The translations under genes and the position numbers were made by a program. Shown here one piece after another: positions 38,788-51,645 of a stretch of DNA of 64,000 nucleotides; positions within the stretch are counted from its first letter, which is position 1, and each line of letters starts with the position of its first letter. The notes beneath the pieces are model-generated. The model had not been told where the DNA came from. It searched no databases and was given only the letters and a program-made list of their open reading frames with translations. Origin of the DNA: Octopus vulgaris (lineage: Eukaryota); the NCBI GenBank assembly GCA_951406725.2, contig OX597824.1:53816001-53880000 (forward strand), given 5' to 3'.

Positions 38788-39575
38788 ACTTCAATTAACT
38801 ATTTATCTGAAATGTGAATCTAGCTATAAAAAATAGTTGGGTTAAATACATTGGGTTAAAAAACTTTTGGATGGAAAAAGGTGGAAAGTCGACCGGTGGA
38901 AATTGAACAATGGACTTATTGTATTCTTGACAATTGTGATAAAGTAACTGCCTGATTTTCAACCATCCACATTAGACGCTTTAACCTTACCAGCAAGAAA
39001 GTAAGCTTGTTTACATCTAGAATGTAAATATAGAAGCACTGAGAAATTTGTAAATAAGTCTTCTATGAGCTATTATTTATAAATGGATTCACATTTGAGA
39101 TACAGTTCTTTCATATATGATGTTAAAATGTTACATCATTTTCATTGTGAGTATTCAATAAACTCCAGTGTAAGATATCATTAATATAAACAGATCACAC
39201 AATAGAATAAATTTCATGCAATTGATATGAGAGAGAGAGATCTAAGAAGGAAATAAAAAGAATGACAGTAGACACAGCAGAAAGAAGGTACTGTCAGTGA
39301 GCATACAAACACGCATGGATATAAACGTGTGTGTGCGTGTGTATAGTTTGCCACTTGTTTATATTCGTGTATGTGTTTGTATGTTCACTGACATTACCTG
39401 CTTTCTATTATCTCTGCTACCATTCTTTTTATTTTCTTCTTAGACATGTGTTACTTTTCTCTCTCTCTCTCACATTCTCACACACAAAATATACATCAAA
39501 CAAACATATATAGCAAGCACATACATGAAGAGAAGCATATATAGCAAACATATACTTCTGTATAATCATGTACAG

Positions 39576-39617
<42 letters not shown>

Positions 39618-40379
39618 TATATATATACATACACACATACAAATATAAATATATAACATTGTGTATGTAAACAATGCAAATATAATTATACCATCTTATA
39701 CAGATGCATTTCCAATGAAATGTATGAGCAAGGCATGGACTTTGCAAGCTACATTACAAGCTAACCATCAAGCAGGATAGTAACTCCGAAAAATAACTAC
39801 TTTGTGGTAGTTGTTAGTGAGAGATTTATTTGATTGCAGATTGGACTCCCTAAAGTCACCAGATAATAATATTACACACTGATGAGCTCCATCTACTATG
39901 CAAATAGGCCATGGTAGTATTTGAAATCAGAAAACAGAGCGCTGGAACAACACAATGCATCCAGTCTAGAATTCTTAGTTTTACTCATCCACTGCCCCTG
40001 ATTGGTGCTTTTTTATTAATCTCAATACGATGAAAAATAATGCAGAATCAAAATAAACACCACAAAGTATTCTATTCAAGGTTATTATGACTACTAATGT
40101 GCCACCTGTTTTATTATTAATTTATTAATATCTTTCCTTAATAGTACATTTCTTTCTTTATTGCCCATGGGAGGCAATATATTATATGCTGGAAAGATCA
40201 CCAGAATAGCTAATTAAAAAAAAAATCTTTATCCTTAGTCAGTTCATGTGAATGAATTTCTTAGAGAATCTCATTTAACTGTTCAATTTATGTCTCATAT
40301 TTTATGCCCATTTTAACTGTTGGCTACTAAAAGCTTTCAACAAATTTTATCTGACCAACAACCATTCATTCCCGTTATA

Positions 40380-41653
40380 TGAGGGTGGGCTGAAAAGTTC
40401 ATAGGCTGACTATGAGGGAGTGATGTTAGAACTGTGAAATCTTGCACATATTAATTTCAGCACCCCTTATTAATAATTGCATTGTTCCTTTCCAGGTAAA
40501 CTGATATGTGAATGTTCAAAGAAGATTTGAAAAGTAACTAGAGGTGACTTCTCTTGAAAATCGACAAATTTTGCATAATGATGTTATTAAGTAAAAGGGT
40601 TTAGCTCTCCAAGGATATTCATGCTGACATGATTGCTACATTATGGGATGATGTTCCAGCTTCATCAACAGTGCAAAAGTGGGCAGCTGAATTTAGGAGG
40701 GAAAAGGAGAGTCTTGAAGTCGAACCAGCATATGGACATCTTGCAATTGCCACCACTGAGGCAAACATTGATCATGTTCACCACATGGGGGATGACAGAT
40801 GATTGACTATACATCAAATAGCTATTGCTATTAGCATATTCCATGAGTGAGTTGAGAATATTCTGCACAATGAACTTAGTATGATGAAGGTTTCTGCTCA
40901 GTGGCTGCCATGTCTTCTGACACCAAATCAGAAGTGCACCAGGCTGATCAAAACATGGGAGAATCTGACACTGTCTGAGGCAGATCCAACTGGTTTTCTT
41001 TGTTTCCTAACCCAGCATGAGTGTTGGGGTCATCACTTTTTGAGCCAAAAACAAAGAGAAGATACATGCAATAAAAACACTTCTCACCAGTGTGCCAAAT
41101 AAGGCCAAGGTTGTTTCATCTGCAGGGAAGAAGGTGATCACCTCAGTTTTTTGAGATGCAAAGGCATTGTGTTTATTGACTATTTTCAAAAGAGTCACGG
41201 CAGCAATGGAGAGTACTATATCAACTTGCTGAGGCAATCAAGAAAAGCTATCAAGATGAAATGCCTAGGAAAATTGATGAAAGGGGTCTTGCTTCATTAG
41301 GACAATGCTCCAGCACACAAGTCCTTGCTTTCAATGGCTGCTATGTATTACTGTGGCTTTGAACTGGTTGATTACCCTTCTTATTCTTCTGATTTGGTCC
41401 CATCTGACTGTCATCTGTTCCCAAACATGAAGAAACACTTGACTGGGAACCAGTATCGCAGTCATGATGATGTCATACCTGCAGTTGACCTTCTTTTGAC
41501 CAACAGTATGAAAGCTTCTTCACCAATGAGATCCAAGCACTGCAACACTGATAGAAGTGGACTGCAAGGAGGGCTATGTTGAAAATAAACCTCATTTGGT
41601 CACATCCTATGAGAGTATCTTGGTCAATCTATGAACTTTTCAGCCGACCCTTG
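40380..41653 (+). mobile_element. Full-length degenerate mariner (1274 bp)
   Basis: TIRs tgagggtgggctgaaaagttcatag / ctatgaacttttcagccgacccttg with TA on both sides; motifs KVSAQWLP, DNAPAH, YSSDLVPSDCHLFP. Confidence 0.9.
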
Positions 41654-41798
41654 TATAACACAGCCAATGCTATACTAGACAGGCCAATTTCAATATGTGG
41701 ATCATACAGTTTTTCCTCCAGATATTGTGTGAAGCTTATGTTTCATGTTTCCCTGAACATTATATCAAAACATAGGAAGACATAGAAAAAATGCTTAC

Positions 41799-41950
41799 AT
41801 CCACATTTTTAGAATCCCAAGCTTCTTTGAAAATTTCCAATGAAGGGTTCATCAAATTTGGTACTGCTGTTACTTCTTTTGGACTGGACATGGCAAACAC
41901 AGCCAGAGTTAGAATAAGAGTACTTTCATCAAGACCAGGTTTGTCTTCTC
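41799..41950 (-). CDS. HEATR5B: HEATR5 exon
   Basis: TAG/GTAAG, 152 nt, phase 1 to 0; EDKPGLDESTLILTLAVFAMSSPKEV...WDSKNVD. Confidence 0.9.
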
Positions 41951-42216
41951 CTAGAACAAAGAAAGATATGTTAAAACACTAATGAGAAAAGGTGCATATG
42001 TATTAAAGAACAACTCTCAGAAATGGCTTTCTATTAGTCATGTATAGCTGTATGTAGACATGCATCATCAGTGATATAATTTAACTAGTATGTAATTAAA
42101 ATGAAGTTTAAGAGAACAGTTATTTGTTTTTCCAAATTTGAATTGCAATTCATGATACAATAAAGTGAACTAAACTGCTTTATAAATGAAATGTTAATAA
42201 GGGAAACATAGTTTAC

Positions 42217-42441
42217 CTGGTTGAGAAAAATCTAATATAGTTGCTAAAGAACTCTGTAGCATTTTTAACCAGTCATTAGACACGGTATCTTCTTTGTTAA
42301 ACTGAGAAGAGCATAGTGTTTTCAAACACTGCAGGCATGATGTGACAATGACTGGTGATTTCCGTTCAGCTGATCTAGCAGCAGTTTCACGCAAAACACT
42401 GGTAATCAGATACAAAATTGTGGGAAGAATAGTCACTGATC
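42217..42441 (-). CDS. HEATR5B: HEATR5 exon
   Basis: CAG/GTAAA, 225 nt, phase 1 to 1; SVTILPTILYLITSVLRETA...LQSSLATILDFSQP. Confidence 0.93.
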
Positions 42442-42560
42442 CTGGATTGTTAAAGAGAAAGTAAAAAGAAAAGAATGATAGTTCAAAATTCAAATTTTTT
42501 CTAAGTCACTTGTAACGGGAGTAAAGTAGAAACCTAAAACACTTCAGGCAAATGGTTTAC

Positions 42561-42866
42561 CTGCAGGAGAACACAAGTTTGGTAATTCTGCCATGACCAA
42601 TACTACGGATGAGATTAATTGACAGGCTTCATCAGTCATCTTGGTAAGGTGTGTTGGAACTTGAAAGCCAGTATTAGCAGCAGTAGGGTTAAGGGCTGGA
42701 ATCTGGCGCACAAGAACACACAGACAAACTTCTAAAGTAGCATATACTACAGACTTTCCTTTAATAATTTCACCACTTTCTCCTCCTTCTCCTATCACAT
42801 AGTTGCTGTCAATGGTATCCATTGATTCAGTACTACCATCTTTGCTTGGTGTTTGCACACTATTTT
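42561..42866 (-). CDS. HEATR5B: HEATR5 exon
   Basis: TAG/GTAAA, 306 nt, phase 1 to 1; GEGGESGEIIKGKSVVYATLEVCLCVLVRQIPALNP...LPNLCSPA. Confidence 0.95.
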
Positions 42867-43139
42867 CTAAAAGAAAAAAAAGTTTGACTTATATGATTTT
42901 TCTGAAAATAGGATTAATTGGATTAGAATTACTTTCAAAAAGTAAGCTGCAATTATATGCAGAAAGTCCATTAATAAAAAACAAGGTTTAAAGAAAAATG
43001 TAGAGTACAAGACTGAATATAGATTTCCATCACTACCTAAATCCTATCATAAATTTCATTATGCTTCCATGGGTGACTGAGTTTCCTCCAGAACAGCATG
43101 TCAATGGTCATGATCTTTTGTTATCTCATTTATCACATG

Positions 43140-43460
43140 CAACATGTTGAAATCAGTCTTCACCACTTCAACCTAAATCTTTTTCAGCCTCTGCTCTTCC
43201 ATGAATTCTAATTATTTTGAGTGTATACCACTTCTTTAAACAGCTGCCACCATTCATATGCATCAGATATCTATATCAATGCAGTCATCTCTCTAGCATA
43301 CCATATCTGCTTCTTTCATTCACTTTTTCTTTGAGCTTTTTTGTGTTGTTATTCAGGTACATATAACATTAGACAACCAGAGGAGAATCCTTGCTCGATT
43401 TCTTTCTAGTTTTCACAAGTCTTCTACATTCAGAGTCCATGTCTTGTTACCATGTGTTGT
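43140..43460 (-). mobile_element. Old RTE fragment
   Basis: Weak similarity to the RT C-terminus of the RTE copies. Confidence 0.45.
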
Positions 43461-44413
43461 CCAGGATGTGGGGGTGAAATTGTGAACTTCATACATATGA
43501 ATGTATACATACACATCCCCCATTATCTCCCTTACCTCCTCCCATCCCTATTAACATCCTTCACTTTATCTCTCTTTCAAAATGTTAAACATGTAGCTGT
43601 TATCATTGCTTCTGTTGTACTGCTTCCACCAGCACTGTCACTCTTCATTTACTTCCTCCTCTGCCACCATTTCACCCCTGTCACTGTCTGTCCCATCATT
43701 CACCAACACTCTGGTCATTGCTCTCTCTTCCATTTACCCTCTTGGTCATACTGCCTTGAACAAAGAGTACATCATATGTGTAAAGAGGAGTTTTTAGCCC
43801 TGTGTTGAGTGTAACACAAACTCACTGTGGCTGGTACCATTAAATGCATACAATATCTCAAAGTGGTTGGTGATCAAATAGAGGCAATATGGGGGTCAAG
43901 AGGCTCCTTTAAAATACACCCATCTAATCTAATGCAAGCATGAGAGATGAATGTTAAAAGATGATGATGAGCAAGATATGGACCTCTGACCAATTTAAGA
44001 GGACAGTAACTGTTAATAAAAATTCAGACATCCAACCCCATGATAGCCAGTCTAGCCCTTGCTAGCATGGAAAATAGAAGACAGTGATGGTGATGTAGAA
44101 TCCCCTATAGAGTTTATACAAGTGATAAGTTTGAAACTAGCAGTTCAGTGTTAAATGCACTGAAATTGGTTAAACTTGAGAAAATAAATCCTTGTAATTA
44201 TTAGGGGGAATTACTTGTGACAAACTACTGTTATGCTCAAGGAAAATTTGTCCCTTACAAAATACTATGAGATCTAGTAATACCTTCCTTCCCTAACAAC
44301 TCAGTCAGGTGAGGTCAGATATATATAATAGAAAACATTTAACATAGGATTTTTTAAAAATTCCCCAAAAATGAAGAGAATTCAGTTAAAAAACTAACTG
44401 TTTAATTTCTCAC

Positions 44414-44526
44414 CTTTGGTTTTTCTCCCTTCACTATCAAGATTCTCATGGCTAGCTTTAATTACTTGTTTTACAACTTCCATGACCAGTAAATGTGTCT
44501 GAACATTTTCTCTTGTAAGTAGAATC
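44414..44526 (-). CDS. HEATR5B: HEATR5 exon
   Basis: TAG/GTGAG, 113 nt, phase 2 to 1; ILLTRENVQTHLLVMEVVKQVIKASHE. Confidence 0.92.
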
Positions 44527-44862
44527 CTAGAACAAAACATTTGATTGAAAAATTATTTGAAGAATAGGTTCAAGCAGGTTACAAAAGAGCCTAAAAAAAG
44601 AACTATATACACTTAAGGTTCTCAAATGGAGATAGGCAGGAACAAACAATTCATAAAAGTTATCAAAAAGTATTTTTCCATTCAAGCACATCTAATAATA
44701 CAAATAATTCAACCAGGCATTCATTTAATAATTAACTAATTAAACTGGCTACAACTCTTACACATTATTAATGTCATCATAATTTTATACATAAGCTATG
44801 TAAAATGTTTTCTATTGTGGAAAACAATTTGACTTTTTGTATATCATTTGACTTTTTGTTAC

Positions 44863-45025
44863 CTGTGCATCACATTAAGCAGTTCCTTAGCCAGAATCAT
44901 GTCTTCTCCAATTTGTTTTCTTGGCCATCTCGTATCCAATAGAATATGCAAAGCTCGCAAACAAGTATTAACAGTTTCCTCAGAAAGCAAAGATGTTGGA
45001 CAGCAAAGAGACTCCATGCAAATTC
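44863..45025 (-). CDS. HEATR5B: HEATR5 exon
   Basis: TAG/GTAAC, 163 nt, phase 1 to 2; ICMESLCCP...CLRALHILLDTRWPR...ELLNVMHR. Confidence 0.93.
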
Positions 45026-46037
45026 CTATAAAAACAAATATTATAAAAATTTATTAAATTTCATACAAGCATGCATCCAAATATTTTAGTCAAGTAATGG
45101 CATCTTTATCTTTATACTATATTTCAAACTTTGTTTATATATATTTTCCCCTTGACAGATGGAATCACTTAAATGTACGGTGAATTGAATTGGAATTTGT
45201 CAAATGTTTAAACAATGGTTTGTGGCCCATTATGTGAAATTCCTATCTTTCAATTCAAACCTGAGACAAAACATTACATTAACCCTTCAACAGGAGCTTT
45301 TTTAATCTTAAATCTATTTCTTATAATATTTAAGTATTTTAAAATTATATATTAAGTATATGATTGAAAATTATTTCATAAGGAGACTGGAAAAAAATAT
45401 TTCTTAATTAAAAAACACTGCAGCATTTTATCCACCCCTCTTTGCCTTCATCGTCTGTAGTTGATTTTTAGAAAATAATTGTCTAATTTTTAGACATTTT
45501 TGTTTTGACCAGAGTTTTGCTATTGTTCAAAACTTTTCATGATTTTACTGAAATATTTTCTAAAGCATCAACTTCAGTGGTCCGTTAACTGTGTGCTTCC
45601 AACAAGAATTTTGAGATTTCTTTGTGTCACGAATGAAGGTATTACTAAGTTGGGCCACTGGAGTTATTGCTGTCCTCATTATAATAGTGTCCTCTAATAT
45701 ATAGTGTTAAGAGGTCAACTCTCCTGATTTTCTGGATAAGACTAAAATGACGATTAACTGGAGAAGGGGTGTGAAGCTGTGGATGAGACAAACAATGAAT
45801 CATAACTATCAAAGCTGTATTGAATCTAGAAATGTTGGTTCACTGATTTTAAAATTTGGATCTTAAACCTTCATAGAAAGATTTTACAGAAAATTTGACA
45901 GTAAATTTTATAGTTTATTTTACTAAGGCTATGCTGGAGTACTACCTTTGTAAGGAAATTTTTAATAGTTATTTACAAAATAAATAAGAAATTATACAAT
46001 CAGTAATAACAATGAAAACTGTTTTATATTCTAACAG

Positions 46038-46435
46038 GTACAGGTATGACTATGTGGTTAAGAGGTTTGCTTCCTGACCATGTGGTTTCGGGTTTTGTTC
46101 AACTGTATGCACCTTGGGCATATAGCTCTGGGATGACCAAAGCCTTGTGAGTGGATCTAGAAGACAAAAACTGAAAGGAATTTGTCATATGTGAATGTGT
46201 TTGTCTCTCCTTAACTTGACATCACATGACAGTTGTAAATGAGTGTCACAGTCATACAAGCAATGCCATTCATTTCCAATATTCTGAGAAAACATGTTTG
46301 ACCATGAGGAAATACAACTGTGCTTGAAAACAGGTGAGGGTTGCAACAGGAGGCACATTTATTTGGCTATAGAAAATCTACTTTGATAAATCCCATCCAA
46401 CCCAAAAAAGCTTGGGAAAAAAATCAATATTAAAA
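46038..46435 (+). mobile_element. Old SINE
   Basis: Decayed tRNA-like head, SINE core and LINE-type tail. Confidence 0.7.
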
Positions 46436-46587
46436 TGAAGATTTTACAGGTAAAATATTTATCATCATCATCACCAAGAGCAGCAGCACAATCATTTTTA
46501 ATTACTTTTTGAGTAATCTTCATGTGAAAATGCAATGTTCTTTCAGTTTTGAATATTATTAAACAAAATAAGAATGTAAATACACAC

Positions 46588-46851
46588 CCAATATTAAATA
46601 TAGTCTATCAGCATTGACTTCTTCTGGTTTCATATTGGCTGGCATTGTTGAAGTCAGTGGGACATTTTTGGCTGATTTGTTACTTTCTCCACCCAATTCA
46701 AGGTTGACACTCAAAAAGCCAGCTTCATTTAACCAAATTGACAAAGCATAAAGAATTGGGGGCCATGACTTTTTGTAATGTATGCGAGATGAATCCATAG
46801 TTTCTGCTTGGTAGAATGTACCACCTTCTGGAGGAAGTTGGCTGGAATATT
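46588..46851 (-). CDS. HEATR5B: HEATR5 exon
   Basis: TAG/GTGTGT, 264 nt, phase 1 to 1; YSSQLPPEGGTFY...HYKKSWPPILYALSIWLN...RLYLIL. Confidence 0.94.
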
Positions 46852-47121
46852 CTAAAATAAAAACAAAAATAAACTGGTAGTAATAGATCAATTAGCTGAA
46901 AACTTAAACTGATAAGTAATGTGAAACAATGCCAGTATTCTTTACTACTTCTCTGAAAGCGAACAGTATTTGTACTAAAATAATCAGAACTTAAAACAAG
47001 TAGCTCAACAGAATGTTATTTTATGACAATTATATATCATTTTTGTTTCAAATATAAAATTCTTAGCCTTTTCATTTAAACAGAAAGTTTATCACTATTT
47101 TTTAAATCATAAAAAGTTTAC

Positions 47122-47311
47122 CTGGTGGTAAAGAGAGTAATGCATAATCTTTCAAAGCTGACATCCAGTGCTCACTTAAATTTGATAACTCTGGTTGCAC
47201 CAAACTGAGTAGGCTCTCAACAGGAAAATCTTGCACATCTAACTCTTCAGATTTCAAACTGGCATTAACACCTGCCTTTTCTTTGTCACGTTTTACAGCA
47301 ACAATATAAAC
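47122..47311 (-). CDS. HEATR5B: HEATR5 exon
   Basis: TAG/GTAAA, 190 nt, phase 0 to 1; VYIVAV...SLLSLVQPELSNLSEHWMSALKDYALLSLPP. Confidence 0.94.
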
Positions 47312-47348
47312 CTAGAAATAAGTAAAGAATTTAATATTTAATTTAATA

Positions 47349-47641
47349 TAAAATATACAAACAATTGCAGCATGGAAGGTATTTATAAGCCATTTAAGAA
47401 ACACACAAACCCGTTAGATTCACTTTAGCAGTGACAGTGACAGGGGTGAAATGGTGGCAGAGGAGGAAGTAAAGGAAGAGTGACAGTGCTGGTGGAAGCA
47501 GTACAACAAAAGCAATGATAACAGCTACATGTTTCTTAAATGGCTTATAAACAAATTCCATGCTGCAATTGTTTTCGTTCCAGCACACGATCTCAGATCA
47601 AGTCACTCGCTATGCAAGTACATCTCCGTAAAATATACAAA
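47349..47641. mobile_element. Composite insertion with 13 bp flanking direct repeat, ~45 bp inverted repeats and a captured local 102 bp segment
   Basis: TAAAATATACAAA at 47349-47361 and 47629-47641; inverted repeat 47359-47403/47530-47574; 47433-47534 is the reverse complement of 43587-43688. Confidence 0.8.
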
Positions 47642-47839
47642 AGAATAATTCAATTATTTTGTTCCTAGTACATATCCAAACAATACTTAATTTTCATATT
47701 TTACTTTTTAAAATAACCTTTTCAATAGAATACTAAAGAGAAAACTAAAATAAAATAAATTTTCTTGTGGAAGCAATAATTAATACCAATGAAAGAGGTA
47801 TCCATAAAGAAGCAGAACTTTCTAAAAGCAAAAAAAATA

Positions 47840-48280
47840 TTTCTTTATTTAAAATATAATTAGGTTTGTCTCCTTCAGGATAGCTACCATCCTCCTATTG
47901 ATACATCACTACAATGCTTCAGGAATATGTCTTGAATATGTTTGCAGGGATAGCATGCAATTCTCAAAGCATATTTTCTTCAGTTTCTTGTGTTGTCCAA
48001 AATTGGTGTCCTTTCAGGGTGAATTTCAATTTTGAGAGCCAAATCCAGTGACCAGGGCTGCTGAGAGTACATCAATTACATGCTTTGCCAAAAATTCATA
48101 GATAAAGTGTGTTGTCAGAGCTCAGCATTCTGGTTTTGTCTGTGCATGCCTTAAGCCTCTTTCTTTGCATTGCTTTTGTCAAACATCTCAGAATATCAAT
48201 CAAAACTTTATATTAATCACATCATGTGGAACAAACTATTGATGACACTCTTCACATTTAAACAACTGCAACATGCCATA
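47840..48280 (-). mobile_element. Degenerate mariner C-terminal remnant
   Basis: Minus strand gives LKGHQFWTTQETEENML*ELHAIP, resembling mariner C-termini. Confidence 0.5.
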
Positions 48281-48394
48281 TATATATATATATATATGGT
48301 GTTCGCTGAATTTTCCTCTAGAGAACATTCTTTGTAGTTTGATCGTTGGTGATCTATTTCTAGCATACGGCCGACTACCTAGCGGTCTTGCCCT

Positions 48395-48422
<28 letters not shown>

Positions 48423-48431
<9 letters not shown>

Positions 48432-49890
48432 TAAATTAGAGATAAAACCACTATTAGGTAAATCAAACAGTGAAAATCATAAGCCAATACATAGAAATAA
48501 AATTAATTAAACAATATAAAAATCCAATTAAAATATTTAAATTAAAGTTAAAATTTTAAAAAATTATTTAAATTAATAAATTAAACTTATAAATTTTAAA
48601 TATATATATATATATATCTTTTAATTATTTTATTTATTTATTATTTTTAAAAAAAATTTTAAACTATCAAAAAGTATTAAAAGTTTAATATAAGATAAAG
48701 AGTAAAAACACTACGATCGTTTCATGCCCGTAACCAATTCGAATAACAATAATAATAATTTAAATTCAATTAATAATTCGAATTATGGTTACAGTCAATC
48801 TTCAGGTTAATTGTAATATTTTAATAAATAATCAGAAATATTTAAACAATATTTTTTAAGAAATAAATAATATAATAAATTTTCTTATAAAAAACTCTAT
48901 TATCAAACTAGAAACTTAACGATTATGATTATGCCAAAACAACGATTATAATGTTAAATATTAATTTTAATTTTTAAGTATTAATTTTTAAGGTAAGAAA
49001 CCCACCAATAATCTAATATCAGTAATAGTCAATATCTAATTACATAAATATTTTACAAAAAAATGACTATTCATATTATTAAAATATAAAATTTAAATAA
49101 TATATAAATTATCAATGAAAATATATAAATGTATATAAATATTATAATTAAGATCTAAAATAATCTCTATAAATAAATATATATGCACATATAATAAAGA
49201 CCGAATAAATTAATTTTCCATATTTAAAGATGAAATAGCTAATTTCAAAAATACAAATAAACAATCTTAAACGAACTCTATAGCAAATTAAATCTTTATA
49301 TCTCGTTGGCTAAATAATAACTTTCAAAAATCTTATATTTAAAATACTTAAAGAAATAATCAATTCGTAGTTATATAGTATCAAATAAATACTATAAATA
49401 TATTTATCATTGGGAATAATATAACAAGCAAATAACAATTTAAAAAGACAATATATAAGTTAAAATAATAATTATAAGAAATTTAAAACTACAATTAATG
49501 CTATTAATACATGTATATACATGAATCTAACTTAAAACAACTCATATACTTGCTATCAAACAACATATCTATCGCTAAGTAAATTCTTACGAATAAACTT
49601 AAAGTTAATATCTAATAATTATATAGAAAATTACGATAATTAGATAAACAACGATATTTACATAAAAAACAATATTATACCATACGACTTATAAAATATT
49701 AAAATTTAAAGATCTTAAATATAAATAAATACTTAGCTTAGCGAGGTTTTGCGATGAACTAAAATGATTTACCTAATAGTGGTTTTATCTCTAATTTAAT
49801 ATAATATATATTTATACTATAAAATTAGATTTAATCCTAAATCTAATTTTTCCCTGTAAGTTTGGATTTACTCCCTAATGTTTTATTATA
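48423..49890 (-). mobile_element. Extremely AT-rich putative Penelope-like remnant with ~45 bp inverted ends
   Basis: attaaattagagataaaaccactattaggtaaatca (about 48430-48466) is inverted at about 49764-49800; internal hammerhead motif; the same tail occurs at 4140-4190. Confidence 0.6.
48705..48812 (-). ncRNA. Type I hammerhead ribozyme motif, sense to the HEATR5 intron
   Basis: CTGAAGA (48805-48799), long stem II (gtaacca..aattcgaat / attcgaattggttac), GAAA (48723-48720), CGATCG palindrome, GTA site; stem I weak. Confidence 0.6.
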
Positions 49891-49896
49891 TGTATA

Positions 49897-49954
<58 letters not shown>

Positions 49955-49962
49955 TATGCCTC

Positions 49963-50046
49963 CTTACTTGGAAATGGATGCGTGGTGTTCAATCAAATAA
50001 TATATATATTATTTGATTGAACACCACGCATCCATTTCTAAGTAAG
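49963..50046. repeat. 84 bp palindrome centred on (TA)n
   Basis: 42 bp arms, no spacer, one mismatch (49970/50039). Confidence 0.97.
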
Positions 50047-50629
50047 TTTATCTTAATATTTTTGATGCGACTCTATACTGTTCTCTTCCCCTATCATTTT
50101 CTCTCATCCTCCCTAATTCCTTCTTCTTCACCGTTTTCTCTCTCTCATTCATTACACGTGACCACTGTCCAGCTTTCTTTTCCTCATGTGATCATCTTTC
50201 TTTTCCTTCAGGGCTGTCATAAAGACTGTACATATCCTATCTATCTCTATCTTCTATCTTTTCTCATGTCAAAGAAAATATTTCTCCAACGTTTGCTATT
50301 TTATCTTCATCTGGTGTAATGATCCTCCATGTTTGTTTGCATTCAGTTCCCTTGTACGTCTCCACTGTCCTGTTTTTGCTACCAGCTTTGACCCTCCATA
50401 AATCCCAAATTTTATTTTGGCTTTTGTGGGAGCAACTGCCTTCAAAGACTCATATTGTCGTTCAATGCTCGAAATGAGTAGATGGACAGCAGACAACTGA
50501 TGAAGGGTCGTTCTTTATGTTACTTGTCCTGTTTTCCATTTGTTTCTCTTGTTTGTGTATTCAACTCATTTATTTTCGTATTTCATGTTATTTATGGTTT
50601 GTGATGTCCTGTAACCATATATGTGTGTG

Positions 50630-51645
50630 TATCAGTATGTTCTCGTTTTGCGCCAAAACGGCTCAACTGATTTTTCACAAAACTCACACGCACATTGCTT
50701 ATATGCCTGGGGAGGTTTTAAGTATAAATTGATTTTGAAAAAATGTTCGGGTAAACAGCAGGAGGAATAACATTTGAGCGTGCTTGAACGGCGGGTGTAA
50801 TTATTTTTCAGGTTCCAAGGGAAATAACCCATTCCCTCTTTTGTAAATTATTTGCTAAAAATCAAATTGAGTATGCTTATTTCTTAGTATTTGAACTATT
50901 TTAGTTATTTTCTCAATTTATCCAGTACAACACTTACACAAGTAAATAGTATTCTCCTAAACAATAAATCCACTTAGTGATTTATTCATGAATAAGGTGC
51001 AAGAGTGGCTGTGTGGTAAATATCTTGCTTACCAACCACATGGTTCTGGGTTCATTCCCACTGCGTGGCACCTTGGGCTAGTGTCTTCTATTACAGCCTC
51101 GGGTCGACCAAAGCCTTGTGAGTGGATTTGGTAGACAGAAATTGAAAGAAGCCCGTCGTATATATACGCTAAATGATGATGATGATGATGATATGTGTGT
51201 GTGTGTGTGTATATGTTTGTGTGTCTGTATTTGTCTCTGCCCAACATCGCTTGACAACTGATGGTGGTGTGTTTACGTCCCCGTAACTTAGCAGTTTGGC
51301 AAAAGAGACCGATAGAATAAGTACTAGGCTTCCAAAGAATAAGTCCTGAGGTCGATTTGCTCGACTAAAGGCAGTGCTCCAGCATGGCCGCAGTCAAATG
51401 ACTGAAACAAGTAAAAGAGATAAAAGAGTAAAAGAGAATATACCAACACTGCTGAGGGTAATAATCTCTAGGAACGGCACAAAAGCTTTTTCACAGTTAA
51501 TTACTTTGAATTGTTATTATCTCATATCTGATTAGCCTGTTATTATGTAACGTTTCACGATTTTAGTATTGTTTTTACTGGATTAGCAAAACAATTATGA
51601 GAATGGAACCTGCTTTCTCGGGAATTACCGGGTATGCCACCAACA
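50630..51645 (+). mobile_element. Helitron-like element (same family as 7640-8557) interrupted by a SINE
   Basis: Shared blocks ccaagggaaataacccattc and ctgattagcctgttattatgtaac; 3' hairpin ggaattaccggg. Confidence 0.65.
50996..51437 (+). mobile_element. Full-length SINE
   Basis: tRNA-like head to (TAAAAGAG)n tail. Confidence 0.9.

Noticed and set aside
39872-39950. CTGATGAgctc...gagc as a sixth hammerhead
   Set aside because: The 5' box and a stem II are plausible, but no GAAA/stem III/cleavage site follows the closing gagc; at most a truncated relic.
42014-42078. Minus-strand CTGATGA...GAAA...TC in a short HEATR5 intron
   Set aside because: Stems II and III pair poorly and there is no palindrome; compatible with chance.
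50465-50520. GAAA...CTGATGA as a type II hammerhead
   Set aside because: No consistent stem I or stem II pairing.
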